Shown here: positions 50,903 through 58,422 of the stretch, in pieces
Layout of the letters: the number at the start of each line of letters is the position of its first letter
Position numbering within the stretch: the stretch's first letter is position 1
Source of the DNA: an uncultured Gammaproteobacteria bacterium
Lineage (GTDB): Bacteria; Patescibacteriota; Patescibacteriia; JAHIZJ01
Reading direction: 5' to 3'
Assembly: GCA_964371245.1 (NCBI GenBank)
Contig: CAYJKP010000003.1
Coordinates: 8,986-72,985 of the forward strand
DNA: 64,000 bases
The notes under the pieces: model-generated
The model's database searches: none
Seen by the model: only the letters and a program-made list of their open reading frames with translations
What the model was told of the DNA's origin: nothing
Program-made: the position numbers and the translations under genes

Positions 50903-50985
50903 CCGATAACGGGCCGCGGCTGATGCGACGTGGCCGGAGCCCCGCTTTGCGGGGTGACGGACATGTTCGCATAGGCGCTGTTGTG
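50903..50985. repeat. attC-like site 9 (between first cassette and recombinase; GC-rich centre)
   Basis: CGATAAC-GGGCCGCGG...GCATAGGCGCT-GTTGTGC; centre has a CCCCGCTTTGCGGGG hairpin. Confidence 0.6.
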
Positions 50986-51032
50986 CGATGTCGCAGCAGC
51001 GACGAGCAGAACAGCGACGGTAGGCGCGGCCC

Positions 51033-51173
51033 GTTGTGGCGAGGAGCGAAGCGATTTCGCCACAACTAGTTATTATGCGTACTTAAGGCCTATTATGCCC
51101 CTATTATTGCATGTTTTGCGTAATAGTGCTAGTTTATTAGCGACGGGAATATTTTATCCGTTATTTTTATTTT
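51033..51173. promoter_or_regulatory. candidate attI / cassette promoter region
   Basis: Perfect 10-bp inverted repeat GTTGTGGCGA...TCGCCACAAC (51033-51066), then two direct TGCGTA repeats (51076-51081, 51117-51122) resembling the attC L-box, in AT-rich DNA abutting the recombinase start. Confidence 0.35.
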
Positions 51174-51992
51174 ATGACCGTTCAAACCCACATTGACCAG
51201 ACAGTCAGAGAGCTGAAAATACGCAACTACAGTCCGAAAACCGTCAAAGCCTATGTCTACGGAATTCGGGAATACCTGATTTACAAAAATACGGATTTTC
51301 ATGTGTACAGCGAAGAAAGCGTTAAAGATTACCTCCATATGCTGGAACAGAGGGGCGTGTCGGCGCAAACCAGAAATGTGTGCCTAAACGCGATAAAATT
51401 CTTTTACTGTGCCGTTGTGCGCTCCGTGTCCGGCGTCGAGGTGCGTTCGGCGAAAAAAAGTAGGAGCCTGCCGGTCGTGCTTTCCCGGGATGAAATAAAG
51501 ACTATAGTTGATAGCACGCGAAACGCCAAGCATCGGCTGCTGATCTCTCTGGCTTACGGCGCCGGCTTGCGGGTCAGCGAGGCGGTGAATCTGCGAACGG
51601 GCGACATCGATACGAATGAGCTGACGGTGCGGGTTCAGGGAGGCAAGGGCAATAAAGACCGGCTGACGCTGTTTCCTGGCCGCCTGGCGGATGATATGAG
51701 AAATATGCAGGCCGGAAAAAGCGCTGATGATTTTGTGTTTGCCAGCGAACGCGGTGGCCCCTTGACCGCGAGAACCGCTCAGAAAATATTCGAACAGGCG
51801 CTGGCCAGATCCGGCATTAAAAAAAACGCGACCTTCCACAGCCTGCGGCACAGTTTTGCCACGCACCTGCTGGAAAACGGCGTTGATATACGGTACGTTC
51901 AGGAATTACTCGGCCATAGTAATATCAGGACGACGCAGCTGTACACACAGGTTACAAATCCGATGTTGAGAAACATAAAAAGCCCGCTGTAA
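51174..51992 (+). CDS. tyrosine site-specific recombinase, IntI-like N-terminal half but without the IntI-specific extra domain (Xer-length catalytic half)
   Basis: 272 aa; YSPKTVKAYVYGIREYL, SRSLPVVLSRDEI, KHRLLISLAYGAGLRVSEAVNLR, GKGNKDR, LRHSFATHLL, LLGHSNIRTTQLYT (catalytic Y); ~60 aa between GKG..R and HxLRH. Confidence 0.75.
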   Translation: MTVQTHIDQTVRELKIRNYSPKTVKAYVYGIREYLIYKNTDFHVYSEESVKDYLHMLEQRGVSAQTRNVCLNAIKFFYCAVVRSVSGVEVRSAKKSRSLPVVLSRDEIKTIVDSTRNAKHRLLISLAYGAGLRVSEAVNLRTGDIDTNELTVRVQGGKGNKDRLTLFPGRLADDMRNMQAGKSADDFVFASERGGPLTARTAQKIFEQALARSGIKKNATFHSLRHSFATHLLENGVDIRYVQELLGHSNIRTTQLYTQVTNPMLRNIKSPL

Positions 51993-52029
51993 TCGGGCAT
52001 CGCACGCGGAAATAGTTTTTAATGGAAGG

Positions 52030-52401
52030 TTAATCAGAAAAATATTCATGCCCCAGACTCACCTCGTTCAGGCTCATCGCCCGCTGGTGTTCCGGCGGAT
52101 AGATTTTGATGATGATAAACCTGCCGGATGTTGTTTTCGTCTCCGCGTGGATAGTCTGCTCAACGATCAGACAGTGGCCCCAGTACAGCCACTTATCGTC
52201 AATATTGTGCACCAGAAAAACGCGGCAGGGCGGGGAATGATATACCCGCATATTCGGCTTGTCATGAAAATCAAAAACGCGGCCTTTGAAATCATCGGCC
52301 GTGAATGGTTTCTTCAGGTGCGCCTCCAGCGTCAGCTCAGGCGGAAACCCCTGGGCGGTCGTAATCTGGAGCGTGTCGTTAAATTCAATATAGCTGCCCA
52401 T
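52030..52401 (-). CDS. hypothetical protein
   Basis: 123-aa ORF, no recognisable motif. Confidence 0.45.
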   Translation of the reverse strand: MGSYIEFNDTLQITTAQGFPPELTLEAHLKKPFTADDFKGRVFDFHDKPNMRVYHSPPCRVFLVHNIDDKWLYWGHCLIVEQTIHAETKTTSGRFIIIKIYPPEHQRAMSLNEVSLGHEYFSD

Positions 52402-52410
52402 GGGTTGACG

Positions 52411-53343
52411 TTACTTCTTCCGGCGGTAAAATCGGGCCGCCTCCTCGGGCGAAACGGTATTGACGATCAGACGGGAGCCAAGCTCGAGACCGGCCCAGGT
52501 GTCGCGTCTTGGGCAGATGCGGATATAGAAGTGCTCATCTTTATAATGCACCACTTGATGGACATAAAAATTGTACGGAAAGTTTATGGCGTTTAGCTTC
52601 GAGAGGATCGGTTTCAAGGCGAGGGCCACCGAACGACGCTCCCGATCATTCAGATCGGCGAGATTGTCGATATGCCGGCGGGTCAGAATCATTACCTCGT
52701 AATTATAGGTTGAGGCGTAGGGGGTGAGTACGGCCACGTTCTTGTCGTGCCAAACCCAGCGTGGCCCGCCCTGTTCCCGCTTGATCAGGCGGCAATAATA
52801 GCAGCGGCCGTTGCGAATTTCATATTCCTCGGCGCGGGCCAGTTTTTCCAGCACGTGGGGCGGAATGAATTCAGCGGCGAAAATCTGGGAATGGGCGTGA
52901 TCAATCGAGGCGCCGGCTTTACCGCCGTCATTCTTGAAGACAAGGACATAGTTAATGCGCGGGTCCTTAGCAAGCACCCTGATCCGCTGACCGAATGTCT
53001 TGAGCACGGTGATCAGCTGGTCAAGCGACAATTCGGCCAACTCAACATCGTGCTCCGGCGTTTCTATCACGACTTCCTGATGGCCGTAGACGGCCTGATT
53101 TGTTTCCTCAACGATCGGAAACTTGTTTTTTATCACCTTCACCTGCCACGGCCGTTTCCCAACCGTCGCAATGGCTTTCACCTTATCAACCACTTCGGGG
53201 CAAAAGGGACAGTCTTTCTTGTGAATCATCGGCGGAATATGCTGGCTGAAGTTGTGCGGCCGCTTTGATCGTCCCGGCGCGATGATGACCTGGCGGTTAT
53301 GGATGTAGTCCTCTCGTATTTCGGCTTTGGGTGTCGGCTTCAT
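52411..53343 (-). CDS. GalT-like HIT-family nucleotidyltransferase (hexose-1-phosphate uridylyl/adenylyltransferase-like)
   Basis: Zinc knuckle CPFCPE; H-x-H-x-Q active-site motif DHAHSQ; 310 aa. Confidence 0.65.
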   Translation of the reverse strand: MKPTPKAEIREDYIHNRQVIIAPGRSKRPHNFSQHIPPMIHKKDCPFCPEVVDKVKAIATVGKRPWQVKVIKNKFPIVEETNQAVYGHQEVVIETPEHDVELAELSLDQLITVLKTFGQRIRVLAKDPRINYVLVFKNDGGKAGASIDHAHSQIFAAEFIPPHVLEKLARAEEYEIRNGRCYYCRLIKREQGGPRWVWHDKNVAVLTPYASTYNYEVMILTRRHIDNLADLNDRERRSVALALKPILSKLNAINFPYNFYVHQVVHYKDEHFYIRICPRRDTWAGLELGSRLIVNTVSPEEAARFYRRKK

Positions 53344-53347
53344 ACGC

Positions 53348-54808
53348 TTACTTTACCAATTTCTTATAGAGTTGTACATATTCTTTTGCCGCCGTGGTCC
53401 AGGTTGAGTCGTGAGCCAGAGCTGTTCGAATGAGAGATTTCCAGGCGTCTGGTTTGTGCCGGTAGACGTCAGTGGCTCGCTCAATTGATTGAATGAGCGC
53501 GGTCGTGGAGTATTCGCTGAAGACAAAGCCGTCGCCGGCGCCGGTGGCCGGGTTGTAATCCTCAACCGTGTCTTTCAGTCCGCCCGTAGCGCGGACGATC
53601 GGCACGGTGCCATAACGCATGGCAATAAGCTGGCCTAGACCGCAAGGTTCAAAACGCGACGGCATCAGAAAGATGTCTGAACCGGCGTAGATGGCTTGCG
53701 CGAGGCTGGCGTCAAAACCGATCGTAACCGAGACGTGTTTCGGGTATTTTTTCTGGGCTTCCTGGAGCATTGTTTCATATTCCGTGGCACCCTGGCCCAA
53801 AATGATCAATTGAGCGCCCAGCTCGACGATTTTCGGGATTGCCTCTGCAATCAGCTCGATGCCTTTCTGGTTCGTCAGGCGCGAAATCAAGCCGAAGACG
53901 AGCGTCTCGGGATTAACCGCTAGGCCAACCTTTTCCTGAAGTGCCTTTTTGTTGTCGGTCTTCTTCTCGATTGTCTCGCTGGTGTAGTGGACGGCGATAT
54001 CAGGATCAGTGGCCGGATTGAAACGGTCTTGATCAATTCCATTGACGATACCAAAGAGCGCCGAGCGCCGTTTTTGGATATCTGATTCAAGTTTTTCCCC
54101 GTATTCCGAGGTGAGAATTTCTTGGGCGTAGGTTTGGCTAACCGCGTTCAGGAGGTCGCTTGAGCGAATACCCTGCTGGATTAGGTTGATATCGCCCGAT
54201 TCGAGGGGCAACGGCAATTCAGCCTCTTTGAGACCGAGAAAATCGAGCACGTCAGCCTTGTTCCACAATCCCTGGTTGGCCAGATTGTGGATGGTAAAAA
54301 GCGTTTTAATCGATTGGAGCGCCGGTTCGGATCGCTGTTTGAGTTTCAGCAGAGTTGGGAGAAGGCCGACGTGCCAATCTTGGCAATGGATGATATCCGG
54401 CGACCAGCGGATGCCGCCAAATATTTCAAGAATCGCTTTCGAGAAGAAGACAAAACGGTGGACCTCGCTGATCGAGTCGACAAAAGCGGTTTTTGAAAAA
54501 TAAATTCCGTTCCGGCCAAGATACTTCTCATTGTCGATCAGATAGACGATAACATTTGTGTTCGGAATGGTGGTCGAATAGACATTGATGTATTGGGTTT
54601 CAGCGCCGAGCGTAACCGGAATGTTAGAGGCGACCAATCGGCTGTTGTATTTTGCATCGTCAATGACGTCGTATTTCGGTAAGACGACGCGGACGTCGAC
54701 GCCGAGCGTTGCTAAGACTGGCGGCAAGGCACCGGCGACATCGGCCAAGCCCCCGACTTTAGCGATTGGCGTCAATTCAGCGGTAGCGAATAGGACTCGT
54801 AGACTCAT
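53348..54808 (-). CDS. glgA: glycogen/starch synthase (GT5), copy 1
   Basis: N-terminal AKVGGLADVAGALP (KxGGL motif); GT-B length 486 aa. Confidence 0.85.
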   Translation of the reverse strand: MSLRVLFATAELTPIAKVGGLADVAGALPPVLATLGVDVRVVLPKYDVIDDAKYNSRLVASNIPVTLGAETQYINVYSTTIPNTNVIVYLIDNEKYLGRNGIYFSKTAFVDSISEVHRFVFFSKAILEIFGGIRWSPDIIHCQDWHVGLLPTLLKLKQRSEPALQSIKTLFTIHNLANQGLWNKADVLDFLGLKEAELPLPLESGDINLIQQGIRSSDLLNAVSQTYAQEILTSEYGEKLESDIQKRRSALFGIVNGIDQDRFNPATDPDIAVHYTSETIEKKTDNKKALQEKVGLAVNPETLVFGLISRLTNQKGIELIAEAIPKIVELGAQLIILGQGATEYETMLQEAQKKYPKHVSVTIGFDASLAQAIYAGSDIFLMPSRFEPCGLGQLIAMRYGTVPIVRATGGLKDTVEDYNPATGAGDGFVFSEYSTTALIQSIERATDVYRHKPDAWKSLIRTALAHDSTWTTAAKEYVQLYKKLVK

Positions 54809-54818
54809 GGGTAGTGTG

Positions 54819-55799
54819 TTAATAAGGATGAAATTTTCCGGCGAGAATATTCAGTACGACTTTTCGGAAAAAGGGCAGCGCTTTCACGGCGTATTTTTTT
54901 TCGGTCGGATTTGTCGTCAAGATAAAATAATCAATATTATTAATGCTTTGCAATAGGACTTCGACCGTAAAGAGCTCCCAAAAATGTTTCTTGAAGAGCG
55001 TCTGTCGATAGAATGATCGGAGCAGGGCTTTTTGCCAGGCTGGATGAAGGCGACCGCGGCACCAGAGAACGGAAAGGTCGTGGGCGGCTGTGCCCCAATC
55101 GACATTTTCCCAATCGATGATGAAGAATTTATTCGGTCCGTGCTTGAAGAAATGACTGGCGTACGGCTCATAATGCGTCAAGGCGTTCTGGTTGGTATCG
55201 AAGATGCGGCTCCGTTCAAGTAAAAAGCGTTGGGTTCGCTCGATAATCTGAGGTGAGTCGATCAGCTGAGGCAATTTATACCAGCCGATCAAGGCCATGT
55301 TCGTTTCCAAATTGTGCCCGGTATAGACGCGGCGCAAGTGCGGCGGAAATCGATGCGACAGACGATGCACGCGTCCAAAAAAAGTCGTATACCATCGGAT
55401 CGTACCGGCGGTGAAGAAGGAGGGTTTAAAAATGAAGTTGCTGTCCTTGATATTCTGCACTTCGCCGGATAATTGCTCGCGGATGTACCAGCGCCGGCCG
55501 ATCAGCCCATAGGCGTAGATACGACCGGTCCGGCCTTGGAAGAAGCGCGGGTCGCGTTGCGAAAAGTAGCTTAGGAGCAGCGCCTCTTTTTTTAGTCCGT
55601 GGTTTGGGAAGGGATCGGTTTTTGGCGGCTTGAAGCACATTTTAAAGATGACGCGCCGGTCACCCATTTGGCACGCTGCCACAAAAAACCTCGGACCATT
55701 GCGATAGACGTCAAGAACGGTCAACTGATAGGCAGTGATGATCCGTTTGATATGCTGTTCGCCGTCGTGGCGCTCTTTAGCGGTGAGACGCGGTTCCAT
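54819..55799 (-). CDS. APH-fold phosphotransferase (maltokinase/sugar-kinase-like)
   Basis: Kinase-like IDWE motif (FFIIDWENVDWGTAAHDL); 326 aa; embedded in the glucan cluster. Confidence 0.5.
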   Translation of the reverse strand: MEPRLTAKERHDGEQHIKRIITAYQLTVLDVYRNGPRFFVAACQMGDRRVIFKMCFKPPKTDPFPNHGLKKEALLLSYFSQRDPRFFQGRTGRIYAYGLIGRRWYIREQLSGEVQNIKDSNFIFKPSFFTAGTIRWYTTFFGRVHRLSHRFPPHLRRVYTGHNLETNMALIGWYKLPQLIDSPQIIERTQRFLLERSRIFDTNQNALTHYEPYASHFFKHGPNKFFIIDWENVDWGTAAHDLSVLWCRGRLHPAWQKALLRSFYRQTLFKKHFWELFTVEVLLQSINNIDYFILTTNPTEKKYAVKALPFFRKVVLNILAGKFHPY

Positions 55800-57177
55800 G
55801 TTTTTTCGTTAAGAGGGTTTTTTTCTCCTCCAGTTCGCTGATCCGGTTTCTGATCTGGGCGGCGCGTTCATACTCCTTGCTTCGGGCGGCTTGATACATT
55901 TGACGGGTGAGATTACCCACGATCCGATTATATTCACGGATCGGAATATACGGCATTTCCACGGTAATCCGCTGGGTGACGTCTTCGTCGGCTAGTTTCG
56001 CCATGGTTTCAACCTTGCCGGTCCGTTGCCAGTCAAAAGCCGTAAAAACAATCGTTTGATATAAATCCTGGGCTTGGCGAGCGACGGCCGGGGACTGTCG
56101 CGGTATCGCGAGGATGACGTCGCGGAGTTCTTTGGCGCCCGCCTCAATCATCTCAATGCTCCACCAAGGCATAGCTGAAGCCCACCAGTATTGATCGCTG
56201 TGCAAGGAACGGTCGAGCGCGGGCCGTATTTTGGCATAGGCGGAGGAGGTCGCTGGCAGGCGATGAACTTGCCCGATTGCCAAATTTGTCAGTTTCCACT
56301 GGGCGCGATGGATTTCGTTGTGGACGTCGTTCCAGCGTGAGTAGGGCGTATTTTCTTCTATGTCGCGCTGCATGAGCGCCCAGCTTGACGGTCTAGGAAC
56401 GACCGGCTCGCGTTTAGAAAAGTGCTGCGGCAGCTCAGACAACGTCACGCTCTTAATCTGCGGTACGCGATAGAGATCGAAGAGCAGCTGCTCCAAACCA
56501 GGACGATGATGGCCGAATGTTTCTCCATCCATGGCCGTGACGAGAAAGGAGTGACTTCTCAGGCGGTCACCGAGTAAATTGACAAGCATCCGGCTGGAAA
56601 AGACGCTCACGCCGATCTGAGCAGACAGAATACGGAAACTGATGTCACGTTCTCGGAAAAAGAAAAAGAAGTCTTTGTCTCCGCGCAAATGGCAAATCGT
56701 TTCATGATCGGCGGCATGATGGTTGGGGTGGGCCAGCTCATCGATAATAATCCACTGATAACCCAGTTTTTTTGCCACGCGGGTTAGTTTTGCCGCGTAC
56801 CCCATTTCAGTCGGGAAGAGGCCTTTGGGCTGGTACGCCTTTCCGAAAACACGCCGGTTGGTTTGATGATTGAGCTGGATCTGGCGGATAATCTCTGATT
56901 CCGGCAGGAGCGGAAGGAAGGGATGGTATTTTGCCGTGTCAGTAAATTCGATTTGACCCCGTTCGGCCAATTTCCGGATGTTTGCTAGCACATCCTGGAA
57001 GCCATCGCGCTGGAGCAGCTCGACGAGAATAGCGTTGATATTCAAAGTCAAACGGGCCTGGCGGTTTTTTAAGAAGCCGGCAAAAAGCTTGCGGTAGCAT
57101 TCGTTGGCGATTTTTTTCACCCAAAATGGCTTCTGCGTCGGTGGCTGATAAATGTGGAGAAAGTTTGCCCAATACAT
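55777..57177 (-). CDS. GH57-family alpha-glucan enzyme (branching enzyme/amylase-like), copy 1
   Basis: MYWANFLHIYQPP N-terminus is the GH57 signature (hxHxHQP). Confidence 0.7.
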   Translation of the reverse strand: MYWANFLHIYQPPTQKPFWVKKIANECYRKLFAGFLKNRQARLTLNINAILVELLQRDGFQDVLANIRKLAERGQIEFTDTAKYHPFLPLLPESEIIRQIQLNHQTNRRVFGKAYQPKGLFPTEMGYAAKLTRVAKKLGYQWIIIDELAHPNHHAADHETICHLRGDKDFFFFFRERDISFRILSAQIGVSVFSSRMLVNLLGDRLRSHSFLVTAMDGETFGHHRPGLEQLLFDLYRVPQIKSVTLSELPQHFSKREPVVPRPSSWALMQRDIEENTPYSRWNDVHNEIHRAQWKLTNLAIGQVHRLPATSSAYAKIRPALDRSLHSDQYWWASAMPWWSIEMIEAGAKELRDVILAIPRQSPAVARQAQDLYQTIVFTAFDWQRTGKVETMAKLADEDVTQRITVEMPYIPIREYNRIVGNLTRQMYQAARSKEYERAAQIRNRISELEEKKTLLTKKHGTASHR

Positions 57178-57181
57178 AGTT

Positions 57182-58414
57182 TTAGGTTACTGTTTTTCCT
57201 CCGAAGACGCGCGTAAACGCTTCGGTATTTAGATATGCTTGACGGATATTTCGAGCGAGGCCGCTTCGTTGCCAGCGGCGCGCTTCCGTGACGATGCCAG
57301 TATAGAGCCGCTGGGCTTGCCGGCACGTCGCTTTCGGACAGTTCAGGAGGGCGAGCACGGCCAGATATTTTCGAGCGGCGGCTGACACGAGTTCTACGCT
57401 CCACCAGGGTGAGGCTGAGGCCCACCAGTACTGGTCAGAGGCCAGGGCTTTATCAAGAAGTTGCCGTGCGCCCGTCTGTTGGGCGTATGGCTGACTCGAT
57501 GATTTGACTGCGCGAATCGTCAGTTCGGTCAGCTTCCATTGGAGCCGGTGGATGGAATTTTGTTTATTTTTCCAGAGGTAATATGGATGACCATGGAGGA
57601 GCTCTGATTCGCGTGATGCCCAATTCGAGGCGACCGGATGAGCGCTTTCCCAACGGCGATAGGTTCGGAGTAATTCAGACAAAGTCAACAAACGAAAGCG
57701 TCGCGATCGAGCGAGAGCAAACCAGGTTTTTAGAAGTCGCGGATTATGGTGGCCAAGGTTTTCGATGTCAACGCCAGTAATTAAGCGGTCATGCACCCGC
57801 GGGTCGCGCTGGACAACGGTCAGGAATACGTCGGGTGACTTCAAGGCGTCCATGAAAAAGAGATCGCTGATGGTACGGTTGCGGAAGATCAGTTTCAGTG
57901 GCGTCTTGTTCAAGCGGTACCCGCGTTCGAAATCGACGGCGCCGAGGGTCCCAGTCAACGAAATTTCATCAAGAATCGTCCAGGCATAACCAAGATTCGC
58001 GAGCATCCGGCCGGTGCGTTCGCTGTAGCACATCTCCGGGAGATAAAAACCGCGAGGAGAGTAGGCTGAGCCAAAGGCAGACCGGTGACAATCGTCGTTT
58101 AAGGCAATCTGCCGCTCGATTTCAGTTTCGGGCAGGAGCGGCACGAGCGGGTGATACTTCACGGTGGCGGTAACTTCGATCTGTTTCCGCTCAAGCAGCT
58201 GACGAATATCAGCCACCACATCGCCCGCATCAAGCGATTCCATTTGTTCCGTCACTGAGCCGCACAGGTTAAGCGTCAGCCGAATGGACGGCTGTCGTTT
58301 CAAGAGTCGAAAGAACGGTCGATAGCATTCACGAATCACTCGTTTGACCACCCGACGATTCCAATCGGGTGGCTGGTACATATGAAAAAAGTTTGCCCAG
58401 AGAACGCGTGACAT
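57182..58414 (-). CDS. GH57-family alpha-glucan enzyme, copy 2 (tandem paralogue)
   Basis: MSRVLWANFFHMYQPPDW; start taken at the internal Met to remove overlap with glgA2 (track start 58537). Confidence 0.65.
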   Translation of the reverse strand: MSRVLWANFFHMYQPPDWNRRVVKRVIRECYRPFFRLLKRQPSIRLTLNLCGSVTEQMESLDAGDVVADIRQLLERKQIEVTATVKYHPLVPLLPETEIERQIALNDDCHRSAFGSAYSPRGFYLPEMCYSERTGRMLANLGYAWTILDEISLTGTLGAVDFERGYRLNKTPLKLIFRNRTISDLFFMDALKSPDVFLTVVQRDPRVHDRLITGVDIENLGHHNPRLLKTWFALARSRRFRLLTLSELLRTYRRWESAHPVASNWASRESELLHGHPYYLWKNKQNSIHRLQWKLTELTIRAVKSSSQPYAQQTGARQLLDKALASDQYWWASASPWWSVELVSAAARKYLAVLALLNCPKATCRQAQRLYTGIVTEARRWQRSGLARNIRQAYLNTEAFTRVFGGKTVT

Positions 58415-58422
58415 AGCCTTAA

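Larger units (their letters stand above)
41176..51992. mobile_element. integron-like platform: tyrosine recombinase + candidate attI + array of 9 attC-like sites and 8 cassettes (11 ORFs)
   Basis: Recombinase divergent from a one-orientation array; each intergenic site has the frame NNNNAAC-GTTTGCGTAT...ATACGCT-GTTNNNN; 7-mers are complementary between adjacent sites. Confidence 0.7.

Noticed and set aside
41176-50985. Regularly spaced repeats separated by unique DNA: could this be a CRISPR array?
   Set aside because: The spacers are 0.5-2.2 kb and contain full-length protein-coding genes. The repeats vary in length from 53 to 109 bp and are palindromes with variable centres, not identical direct repeats. 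No cas genes are present.
41176-50985. Intergenic palindromes as ordinary REP/MITE-type elements or as terminators of each gene
   Set aside because: The outer 7-mers, and the longer arms, are complementary across each gene between neighbouring sites, not merely within a site. All of them share one conserved box frame. They also sit next to a tyrosine recombinase in divergent orientation. Simple terminators or REPs would not show this cassette-junction logic.
50878-51069. Track ORFs of 60-63 aa on both strands between cupin gene and recombinase
   Set aside because: They cover attC-like site 9 and the perfect inverted repeat. They are GC-rich palindromic DNA read in frame, not genes.
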